DNA of 64,000 nt, taken from Octopus vulgaris (taxonomy: Eukaryota). The stretch is from NCBI GenBank assembly GCA_951406725.2, contig OX597830.1:68138001-68202000 (forward strand), in the 5' to 3' direction. Position 1 is the first letter of the stretch, and every line of letters begins with the position of its first letter. The translations under genes and the position numbers were made by a program. Shown here one piece after another: positions 51,658 to 62,924 of this stretch. The notes under the pieces were generated by a model. It worked only from the letters and a program-made list of their open reading frames with translations, was not told where the DNA came from and made no database searches.

Positions 51658-53765
51658 TTGTTCCCCTCTTGCCCAAGGAAAGAAAATGTTGATCTTATTG
51701 GATTTATCCCCCTTGCTTACTGTACAACTAAATTCATATGAAAGGTAATATTGGGTATGTGTATTTGTCACAGTTAACTGTATCAGATATTATTACTAAT
51801 GTAGTTCCTCAATATATAAACAGTATTATCATTATTGATAGTATATATTCATTACAAATAAACAAATCAGAAAAATCTATTAAAATTTATGTTTTAATTT
51901 CAAAAATATTTTTATTTTGAAAATTAGCATTCATTTTCTATGAAATTTGAAAATATATGATTATAATTATTATAGTTATGTAACATTACCTGATATTACC
52001 TGGATTGGCAAAATATATGTATTCTCAGCATTAGCCAACATAGTAATTGATAAAAACTGTTCTTAATTAATAATAATTATGTGGTGTGACAAGCTCCGAT
52101 GAAGGCTATGCTTTGCTGAGGAAATCTAATTAGACTAAAATATGTAAACAACAAGATCATTAGCGGGCCAGAAAAAATACCATGTGGTATTAGCTTCAAG
52201 TATTTATATTGAGTTCAAGTTTTACATTGCTCAACCTTTCATTTTGTCTTTCTGGAGTTGGGGAGTCATTAAAATAAAGTACCAAAACATGTCAGTGACT
52301 GTTGCCTGCAAATGCAAAGGTCACATCAAATTAGTATCAGACACTGAGCGAAAGAATTTTTTTCTTAAATATTATCAATTATTTAAAATTTCTTCAAAAT
52401 TTAAAAAACAATGGCAGTACAGTTATGAGCTGGCAGAATTGTTAAAACATATTACTTTTGATACTTAACATTCTGAGTTCAATTTTTGATGAGGCCATCT
52501 TTGTCTTTTGTCCTCTTGGAGTTTGATAAAATAAAGTAGCAGTCAAGTGCTGGTGCTCATGGTATTAATTTAACCATTCCCCGAAAAATTGCTGGTCTTG
52601 TGCTTAAATTAGAAACTATTTTCCATCCAGATAAGAGTTAGTAGATAATTTCTCTCACATCTCTATCAATAGTGTATACATGATGTGATGGCTATTATGA
52701 CTTTCCCATGATGCAATTGTTTTAGATTCAACATTCAACTTCAGATCAAGTCATTTGACAAACAAGTACATTAAAATTAATGGATGTATTCATCAGTGAA
52801 TATTTACACATGCATACACATATGTGCATGCACACACTTTCATGCACACACACACCTGTGTACGGAGTTGGTCAACATGCTGTTGGCGTTTACAGATTTC
52901 TCCAATATCCCAATTCATCCAATAAAAGTCTTTGTGAACAATGATTGATTTTCTTTTTAAAGGCATCAATCCACAGCCATAATTAACCCCTAAAGGGGAA
53001 TTTTCCAGAATCAACACCTAAAGGTAAATTTTCCCCGTAATTTTTCCTTTCACTTTTTAACTTTGCTTAACTGTCCCTTTTTAAGTATTATCTCCCACTG
53101 GAATTAAAGATTATTTCTTTTTTTATCCAACTCCTTCCCTCATATTCCATCCACCACATACAAGTGCACATACATATTCACACTGCTTGAATCTTATACT
53201 TACCCTCTCACACATATATACATTGTATAGTGGCACACATCTCTCCACACACACCTGTTGCTATTTACTCTTTCCTCTCCACACACCTGTTTATCTTTCC
53301 TATTTCTTTTTCACCTGAGTTCCACATGAACATCAACCACCCATCTCCACTCTCCTCTGCTAGAAATCCCATACCTACTAACACTTCTTGTATCCAATAT
53401 CATGATGACCATCTATAATAAGACATAGACAATCCTCATCTCCTTCCCTTAATTTTCTCTTTACCTCTCCCCCCTCTCTCTCTGTTGTCTTCCATTTCCG
53501 CATGGCTTAATATACTGACTTTGTTTTATATTTCTCATATTTTTGCTTCTTTGAATTCCTTTTGCTGAGAAACACAAAGATCTCATTTTCCCGTATATTG
53601 TATTTCATGCATTAATTCCTGCTTACCCCTCAGTATCTTCGGAAGCAGAGGAAACTGGAATCTATTGAATTATTAAATAACAATAAAACGACATTTTGAA
53701 CTTCATCCCAAACCTCCAAAAAGTATGTATTTGATGTAACCTTTGAGACTTACTCATATTTAATA

Positions 53766-53980
53766 TTCTTTTCTACTCTAGGCACAGGGCCCAAAATTTT
53801 TGGTAGGGGACAGTCGATTAGAACGACCCTAGTATGCAACTGGTACTTAATTAATCGACCCTGAAAGGATGAAAGGCAAAGTCGACCTTGGTGGAATTTG
53901 AACTCAGAACGTAAAAACAGACGAAATACTGCTAAGCATTTCACCCAGCACAGCAATGTTTCTGCCAGCTCGCCGCCTTA
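53766..53980 (-). mobile_element. SINE (octopus-type)
   Basis: Minus strand GGCGGCGAGCTGGCAGAA...GAGTTCAAATTCC...CTTTCATCCTTTCAGGGTCGATT; related copies at ~52430-52610 and 60430-60600. Confidence 0.75.
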
Positions 53981-54190
53981 ACTCATATTTAATACTAAAT
54001 ATGAAAATATAAATATAGTGAATATAACCATAAATGTATGATGAGATGGCTATCATTCATCATCCATGATGAAGTCATTTTACGTTCAACACAAACTTTG
54101 GTGAAGTCTCTTGCCAGAAAGTAGAATTCCAAAATGAGTAAATCTCTCTCTCTTTTTGTGTGTGTGTGTGTGTCTCTCTCTCTTTCTGTA

Positions 54191-54229
<39 letters not shown>

Positions 54230-54785
54230 GCATGAGTATAATTTGAAGTATCATTAGCAGACACTATGGATTTCCCACTGAGTTGATTTACAGCAATCTG
54301 ATCCTTACAAAACAGAGAAAGAAATCGATATCATAAACTCTAACTTCTTTCACCAATAAAAGAAATGAGTCTGATTGTTAAAATTATTAATACTAGAGCT
54401 GTCTTAAAAGTATTAAGTATACAGAAATGATGAATTCTCATTTTGCCAACCAAATTTATTTTGAGCCTTCTGTTGACTTTTTTCCGCTATTGATAAATAA
54501 CACCAGTGATCTAATGGTGTAAGAGTTTTTGAAGTGTAGCAACTTAGTATATTTGCAATATATTATGTGAAAAGACTTATGTATAAATCAACAATCAATT
54601 AATTTTAAGTTATCTTCATTGCTTGTTGTTTTGGGGTTACTGACATCCCCAGAAGTTTTTGTCAACTAGTTACTTGGATAATCTCGGTTGACCAAAGTTT
54701 TTCAACTCACTATGTAGTATAACTGAAATCCTTCTACACATGTACTTATATTTTATCAGAATTATGAGCTTATTGCTTGAATTAC

Positions 54786-54823
54786 CTCAATTTTATGTTT
54801 TCCTGAATCCATTTCTTTACATC
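54786..54823 (-). CDS. TRPM: TRPM-like module A exon 1 (DVKKWIQENIKL(R))
   Basis: 38 nt, phase 0 to 2, ttttttattttcag acceptor, AG|gtaatt donor; matches the TRPM2 N-terminal SSWIPENIKK motif. Confidence 0.85.
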
Positions 54824-56512
54824 CTGAAAATAAAAAAAATTTTAATTTGAATGTTTGAAGGAATGATGGAGTTCCAACATCTGACATTAATTCTATAACA
54901 GAGAATCTCAAAATTTACAACAAATTATAGAGAAGACATATAAACAGTACAAGACACGAGTAAAGCCAAGAGTATCAGGTGGAGATAATCTCATCACTAT
55001 TAATACAGATACACATGATTTCAGTTTGTCTTATTTACAATTTTTTGCATGGTACACTGGTTTTGACATTGGACTGTAATGAATGAAATTTTCTGGATAG
55101 AAACAGTGCCACATCATGATAACAGAATTTTGCTTAACCAGTTTAATCATTTGTGTAAAACTTATAAGCCATGTCAGACTTACAAAGATATAATTATAAA
55201 CTATTGAAAAGGTTGCAGGACGCAGTGAAAATTTTAGAAAAATAAAGAAGGAAATGAGTGGAAATTTTACCGGTGAGTTTGTCAGATTATAAGGCACTAA
55301 AAGAGAATGACTCTCCCCAGACACAAGAGAATAGCTCTAATATATCTTTAAAAAATGACTAAAATGAATGGGAAAATGAATACAAAGAACAGTTAAATAG
55401 TTCTGTTTATTTAATATTTTGTAGTCCCGCCCCCTTGAAAGCATATTGCACTTCCAACCTGGGTAACTTTTTAACTTGAATTCACTAAACATTCTACATT
55501 TCCAAGTGCTAAGTTTTGGAAATGGAACAAATATTCCGTAAGGTTTCTGATTATTCATCTCTACAAGAACATAATTTTCATTCCATACGATACGTTCATG
55601 ATAGAATAGAACTTAAAGGAATATGGCACTGTCAAAGCCAACAAAGTCATCGAATGTTAACCTTGCTCTGTCTTTGATGCATTTTATACGTTGACAGATC
55701 TGACTGAGATAATGGAGGTATACAGAGAAGAGTAATATTAATGATGAGTCACTGGAAGAAATGTTCAACAGTGACATGAGAATGCAGGGTTTAACAAATA
55801 AAATTATGGAAGATCAACGGAATTGTGATATACAATAGAATAGACCTATGCAACAATGTGTCAGCACAGAAGGACAGATGTCTAACTGATAATGATGATA
55901 TTTAATATTTATCATATTCATTGTTTTATATGAAGTACGTGACAACAATTTTATAGGAAGAGAAATACAAATTTATGATAACTTCTTAATTCCCTTCAAG
56001 CAGAAATTGAAACAAGGAATTGAAACTGGGAATTGAAACCAGGACAGTGTCTCAGTTCACTGGATGTTTATCTTCCAATGTAAGAGGCTAAGGAATGTCC
56101 AACTATAACTACATTCTTCAAAGACTTTCTTCCTTTGTTTATGAAGTCAGTACCATCCAACTTTCATATTATATTCTGATTATTTTCCTCTTTTTCCCCC
56201 TCTAAATAGAAACCATGCTAAAGTAGACATTGGAGCTCAACGCAGACCTCCAGATGTTTGGATCCTATTGGATTGTCCAACCTACGTTAGCAAGGAAGAT
56301 GGCTGTTAAATGATGAAACATAATTGTGTGTATGTGTGTACATATATATACATATATATATTCTAGCAAAAACTGTCCGATGAATGGCAACGGGAAACTC
56401 AGAGTATCAGGTTATGTTGAATTTTCTGCTGCTTTAAATAAAGCATATTACTCTACCACTGGTTTTTGAGTACTCTTTTTTCCACCTTATTTCACATTTA
56501 TGTGTTTACTCC

Positions 56513-56554
<42 letters not shown>

Positions 56555-56888
56555 TAGGGAGAGACAGACAGACAGACAGAGATAAATGCACACGGATGTA
56601 TACAGCAGCATCTTACACATACTGACAAATAAGTATGCACACACACATACACAAGGTGCATAAATTTCCCACTTGCTATTCCTGCCTAAAGCGATCCTTC
56701 GACTATCTCCAGTAAAAAAATTTTACAAACAAGCAATAATTATTTTACAAGCATTCAAATTATTAAAACGATATTTAAAATACATTTTTATTTAAAACAT
56801 TTTACTCTTCATCCTCTCAAGAAGAAAAAAAATTTTAAATTTATTAATTGTTCACAACATGAAGTGATAAAAAAAGATATTATCTTAC

Positions 56889-56983
56889 TTCCCGGGGAGC
56901 TTCTCCTTTAAATATTAGATGTTTTAGAACATCGGGTTTGTTCCATTCCAATCCGAGCCTCATATTTTCTATGTTTTTCTTTG
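56889..56983 (-). CDS. TRPM: TRPM-like module B last exon (AKKNIENMRLGLEWNKPDVLKHLIFKGEAPRE)
   Basis: 95 nt, phase 1 to 0, atattacag acceptor, GAA|gtaag donor; MHR3 L.L.WN..D....IF; paralog of 14695-14789. Confidence 0.92.
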
Positions 56984-57029
56984 CTGTAATATAGATTTTA
57001 CATGAAACAGTCTGTTGATATTAAAATGT

Positions 57030-57570
57030 TCTTGTGGCTGTGTGGTAAGTAGCTTGTTTACCAACCACATGATTCTTGGTTCAAGTGTCTTCTCTATGCC
57101 ACTGCGTGGCACCTTGGGCAAGTGTCTTCGTTTTTATATACTATATGTGTGTTTATGTGTACAGGGCCGACCAAAGCCTTGTGAGTGGATTTGTATGACG
57201 GTATTTGTGTATGTATATAACTAGAGAAAGAAGCCCGTGTATAGTATGAGGAGGAAATGAGTGAGAGAACTGTATATATATATATATATGCGTGTGTGTG
57301 TTTGTGTGTCCTTTGTGTTTGAACCCCCTAGCATTGCTTGACAACTACTTTGTATGATGCTGGTGTGTTTATGTCCCGTGTGTGTACTTAGTCTCTATGT
57401 GTTCGGCAAAAGAGAAAGATAGAATAAGTACTGATGATTTCATTTGAATGAAACAGTACTAGTCCTGTGGCTATTACAAAAGAATAAGTCCCGGGGTGTG
57501 TTGTGTTTGTCTAGCATTAAAGGTGGTGTGCTCCCCAGCATGACCGCAGTCAAATGACTGAAACAAGTAA
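57030..57570 (+). mobile_element. tRNA-derived SINE, heavily interrupted by small insertions
   Basis: Colinear with 11016-11395 but ~160 bp longer. Confidence 0.7.
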
Positions 57571-58011
57571 AAGCAGTCAAAGAGAGTAAATCAAAATAGT
57601 TAATAGCATTAACATGACTCATATGATACCTTGTAATTCCTACACTCTACTTTTATTATTGTTCATATTATTTCCCAAAACAGTGAGCTTGCCAGTCGTT
57701 AGTGTAACGGGGAAAATGCTTAGCAGTATTTCTTCTAGCATTATATTCTGATGTTCAGTGTTCATCATGAAATGACAAGGTTATGACAGGAATATATGAA
57801 GAATATCTATGTTGTTATTAAATAGAAATAAATATGGAATCACCATATTATATCACCCTACTGACTTAAAATGGAAGCACAAATCAGATAAAGTAGTCCA
57901 AGATGAAATTGTAGATGTCTTGGAAAAAAAGATAGGGTGGTCACAATTAAAAGACCGTGACCATTGGTCTGCACAATTACGCCTAACATGTTGCCAAATG
58001 ATAGTAGTTAC

Positions 58012-58012
58012 T

Positions 58013-58058
<46 letters not shown>

Positions 58059-58086
58059 GAGGAGGAGGAGGAGGAGGAGGAGGAGT
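58012..58086. repeat. (GTA)n(GGA)n microsatellite
   Basis: Direct reading. Confidence 0.95.
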
Positions 58087-59112
58087 AATATTTGGATTTG
58101 AAGCTTAATGCTTAAATTTTATGTAATTATGTGTAATAACTTAGTGTGACAAACTTATTCCAGATATTTCAGTCCTCAATATTTATCGTAGAAAGGGCAA
58201 AAACAGTACAAAATGTCTTTCAATTCTCTACTTCTGTCAGACCCCACAATCCTTAAATTTTATTCTTTAAGGTTGATCCAAAACTTAATAACGTTAATGG
58301 AAGAATTTGATCATTATATTCATCGTTGTTAATCATGAATGTTTTTAAAGACATAGCTATTTGCCTATCATCGAGCAATTTCTAAAGAGGCATTAAAGCT
58401 AGACAAAAGAAGAGTGTTTATAGGGTCACTCTGGAAAGTGCCACATGAAATTCTTACATTCCTAGCATTGAAAGATTCTTTGTCACTATTCAAAGTCAGT
58501 GTTGTTTTCCATAATCTCATACCATAAGACGTTTTGCAGAGTAGGTGCTATTTTATAACTTCCCAAATATTTCCAATCCAGCTTTGTGGTAGACTATCAA
58601 AGCTTATTTATCATACTATTGATAAGTTCTTGTGTTGTTTGTGACAATCTTCCAAAATCATCTTATTGATGAGTTGCTGATCTTTACAACTATAGAACCC
58701 ATGTTTACAATCTTTTGTTCATTAAGGAAGATACCACTTCTATTAAAAAACTACAGGTATAATCAGTTAAGACAGATGTTAGTATCTTATACATTGTTGT
58801 TAAGCAGGTTATGGGTCTATGATTTTTGGTTCATTTGCTTCTTCATGTTTCTGAAGTAGAAATGTAACACCATTAACGAGCCAAGAGGGAATCGTACTTT
58901 CAGAAAAACTTTGTTGTAAAGTTTCTTTAGCTTCTCATGACTCTCCGGTAAGGCAACATTTGATCTTTGCTGCCAATATGAAACTTTCAGTCACTGTTTT
59001 CAGTCCTGAGCTTCTCAGCTACTGATGGGTTGTTGCTTGGTCTACATCAGCATTTCGGCTTCAATGTATATACTGTCCATGCAGAGGCTTCTGGCTCCAC
59101 TGCACTTCATTT

Positions 59113-59113
59113 A

Positions 59114-59169
<56 letters not shown>

Positions 59170-60300
59170 CATTATTATTCTTATTATTATCATTATTATT
59201 AATCTTATTATCTCTTTATTACAGGTTTTGTTGGAACACCTGGAGTCTTGCATGCGTATTGGGTTTACTACCTGCTCTTTACAGTTATCTAATACTGTCC
59301 TGATTATTCTGGCCGTGCCAAGGAGGAAATCCTTTTGTAACAGTTCTACTGGGAACTCTATTCCGATTTCCTTTATATTCCTCTTGATGCCTTCTCATAC
59401 TCTTCCCAAGGATCTAACAATAATTGGCACTGTCTTCACCTTCTTCATTTTCCATAGCCTGGCTATTTGATACTTAAAATGATTGCATCTATCTTTTCAT
59501 CTTCTTTCTTGATTGTTCGTGGGTCAACAGGGCAAGCAACATCATTTATATAACATATGTGGTGCACCTTGTCCTCCACCACTAGGTCCAGTCTGTTATG
59601 CTCTAGCATTTGATACGTTTGGATTGGGAAATCCAGAAGATTTTGCTAGTCTCCAATTACCGCCAATCTCTGTGGTTTGTGCTCATGCTGTGTTTTGACT
59701 CTCTCTAGCCCTCACTTTTCACACAGTTTCTAGTGGAGCACTTTCACTACTTGATCGTGTGGTCACAACTTATAGAGATTTTGCTCAAGTCTATGGCACT
59801 CGTTCATGATATGGGCAGTAATTTCATCCACTCTATTGCACCAGTTCTTTGTAAGTACATTTCCAGTCCAACTGCTTTTATTTTGTAGTTCTCTATCTGT
59901 GTCAAGACACCATCTTCTGAGAGGGGTAGATATATTCTGTTTTTGTCTGCTGTGGGGTGGTGACTTCTGTATGCTGTTAATAGGGTCTTTTTATCTAAGG
60001 TTTTCAATTCACTGTTCTTCAAGTATGATCAGTATAGCTAGCATGCTTGTTTCTATCATATTAGTTTCAGCATTGACTTCAGTGTTTAAATATAAGTCTA
60101 ACTATTCTTTAATATTCTCTACTAATTTACTCTTTCATTTTTGTGATGTATTCTATTTCCACTGTTCCTAGATGTGTGGGCGATTGAGATCTAATTTTCT
60201 GATTTCTATGTCTATGTTGAGCGCAATATTTTCAGTATTGATTAATCTGGCTCTTCTCAATGTCTCTGTCTCTTTGAAACATTTGTCCAGCCACCCAATA
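59113..60300 (-). mobile_element. (ATT)n tract followed by a degraded Dong/R4 LINE 3' part
   Basis: LLQKDFLLGTARIIRTVL, TVPIIVRSLG and ELKTLDKKT...HHPTADKNRIYLP..E.G. Confidence 0.75.
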
Positions 60301-60321
60301 TCCATACTGAAACAATTTTAG

Positions 60322-60600
60322 AAGACACTTGCTCAAGGTGCCATGCAGTGGAACTGAACCTGGAAGCATGTGGTTGGGAAGCAAGCTTCTTACCACAGCC
60401 ATGCCTGCACCTATATATTCTTTTTTACTCTAGGCAAAAGGCCCGAAACGTTTGGAGAGGGGCTAGTGGATTAGATTGATCCCAGTATGCAACTGATACT
60501 TAATTTATCGACTCCCAAAAGGATGAACTCAGAATGTAAAGACAGACCAAATCCCACAAAGCATTTCACCCAGTATGCTAACGTTCCTGCCAGTTTGCTG
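60322..60600 (-). mobile_element. Two adjacent SINE fragments
   Basis: 60322-60412 matches the 48080 head; 60430-60600 matches 53766-53980. Confidence 0.7.
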
Positions 60601-61194
60601 CCTTCTTGTGCCGATATATTAAATGGCAATTTCGTCAAGACAAGAACTATTTCCAACTAACTATTTCTATGGCTAAGGTTAGATTGAGTGCCTCAAATCT
60701 GGAAAATATTCATCGTGATAACAATTGCAGAAGCATACTGTTTTTACTATTTTGTATCTATTTTCAGTAATATAGAAAAGGGGAACCTGTGAGTTAAATG
60801 TCTTCACCAGAGACAAAGTACAATGCTAATAACAACATACAATTCACTGAGACACCAGAAGCTTCTCTAGAAAATCCATTGATACAGCCATCGATTCTCT
60901 TATTGATGAAGCTTAATTAAGCTTCAGGTACAGGATTAACCTCCCAAAACTTACAAGAAAATATACAAATAATAGTATAAGTCATCAATAATATTGTTAT
61001 TCTTTCTCTGCATATTTCATCCTAATTTAGATTTTTTAGATTTTTTATACTAAAAATAGCTCTCAACTTTTTTACAAGTGTAATAATTAGTCTAATTAGC
61101 AATAATTAATCTAAATTACAATTACGTCTAATAAAAGTCAAACTGATTGGAAAATATAAAAAAACTGAAAATTTAATTTTAAACTGTTTCTTAC

Positions 61195-61379
61195 CCTTGA
61201 ATACAGCTTTGAACATTGTTAGATCAAATTCTTTCACTGAATCTTTATCATAAACAGTCAGCAAGTTTGGTCGTTTTAGGGACATCAACACATAGTCAAC
61301 CAAGTTATCTATCCCTTTTCCTTTCAATTCCTTTTCAAATTCTTTAATAATTTGCTCTCTGATATCAGTTTTCAGTTTC
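61195..61379 (-). CDS. TRPM: TRPM-like module B exon (RKLKTDIREQ...NLLTVYDKDSVKEFDLTMFKAVFK)
   Basis: 185 nt, phase 2 to 1, G|gtaag donor; paralog of 17167-17330; the ancestral AG is missing and the next AG 12 nt downstream is in frame. Confidence 0.88.
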
Positions 61380-62683
61380 CTTAGAATTGATGGAGAAAGA
61401 AGAGTTATTTCAGAAATTAATATGTAAATCTTTTAATAGTGATTAAAAGAAAGTTAGCTATAAAGAATAACATAAGGTCTATACTGATGTCACAAAGAAG
61501 ATAAGTTAGGCTACCTTGGAGCCCTAATCAGAATTATGTTAATCAGGCTACACTATTAGTGATAACAAATGATGGGACAAATCTTAATATAAGGAGGAAA
61601 GGCACCACCCATAATTTTTACAGAACAACTAAGATTAATGAGGAAAAGACATGGATAAAACAGAACTCATGGGTTGCTGTTAATCAATTTTTGGATCTTG
61701 TAAATAATTAATCTGGTAGACATAGATTGGGGAGGCCTGACAAGAAATGGGGTTGTTTCTAGAGATGTTGCTCATAGTAACTCTGGCATATATGCTAGTA
61801 GACCTCCTTTTGAGAACCCCTTACATGTCAGCCTGTAGCAAACAGTGATGCTATGAATTGAAAAGTCTGTAAATCAAGACATGGCCGGTTCTGAATGCTC
61901 ACAACATTGTGGACTGTTAAAGGCAGTGAAGGACCAAATGCTCCTGTTGAACCACCACCAGGTACTTCAGTGTTAAAAGATGGAATGAATTAAGTTTACA
62001 GCCGGAGCCAGTGTGCCCAGAACTGGTTAAACCCATACTAGATTTATTCATAATTACCATTTCTATTAATGTGCTTTCATGTTGTTTCATGATACCTACT
62101 GCTTGATCTGATCTTTTAAATTGGATGGAAAACGAAATAGACAAAACCAAACATCTCTAGGCATGTCCTGAATTGGACCCATTATCCTTCCCCAGCAAAT
62201 ATGGAGCCTTGTGTCAAAATAACAAATCAATATTATGATTATTATCAGTGTCAAGTCATACTGCCAAAAGTTTGAGTCTTTAGTTAAAGAAATCTGATTA
62301 GTCATCAGTTTCAGTCAAAGCTTTAAATATCTACAACGCTTTTAATATCAGCTCTAAAATCAAACTATCAACTATAGTAATAGCAGAGTTGCAAGCCAAG
62401 GAGGGAGCAGATTACCTTGCCACTCAAAACTGCTAAAAATATAAGTTAAATCCATTTCAAATCATACCCTTTCAGCAAAAAGGAAGACTGACACAGTGGA
62501 ATAATAAAGTCTTCTAATAAATATGTAAATACAGGAAAATAAAGACTGGATTACATACGTTCATAGACCTGTTCTATCAGGGCTAATAGGGGCTAAACAA
62601 CAACATATTTAATAACATCAACAGTAATGACAACAACAAAAGCAAAAAAAAAAATTATTGTTCTATCGAAATGAAGAACAAAC

Positions 62684-62772
62684 CTGTCATTTTCCTCTTC
62701 ATCTTCTTCATTTGAATTTTCGAGTTTTGTTTGGTAAGCATCTGCCAAAATATCTGCTGCTCGACCAGTATC
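62684..62772 (-). CDS. TRPM: TRPM-like module B exon (DTGRAADILADAYQTKLENSNEEDEEEND)
   Basis: 89 nt, phase 0 to 2, GT-AG; G.GRAADILA motif; paralog of 18900-18985. Confidence 0.93.
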
Positions 62773-62924
62773 CTGATAATTAAAAGAAAAACTTTAATGA
62801 ATTCATTAAAGTTAAATCTTCAGATATAAAGTAATCTAAGAATGAACAAATATTAAAAAAAATCTTTGAAAATGCACACATACAATCAAATAAAGATGTT
62901 TTGTTGTTTGTAAAGGTACTACAT

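Noticed and set aside
52090-52150. CCGATGAAGGCTA...TAGACTAAAATATGTA hammerhead-like string
   Set aside because: Both core boxes are mutated and there is no convincing stem I
53995-54302. Acceptor-like site followed by ORF DQIAVNQ...RERERE on the minus strand
   Set aside because: Runs through (GA)n/(CA)n microsatellites, has no convincing donor, and exon 54786-54823 already joins 50916-51000 in phase
55195-55280. Plus-strand EWKFYR followed by gtgag, reminiscent of a TRP box
   Set aside because: Opposite strand to the gene, no S6 sequence or acceptor upstream; likely chance
59030-59470. 146-aa ORF with poly-Ile
   Set aside because: (ATT)n microsatellite plus the antisense strand of a Dong/R4 fragment
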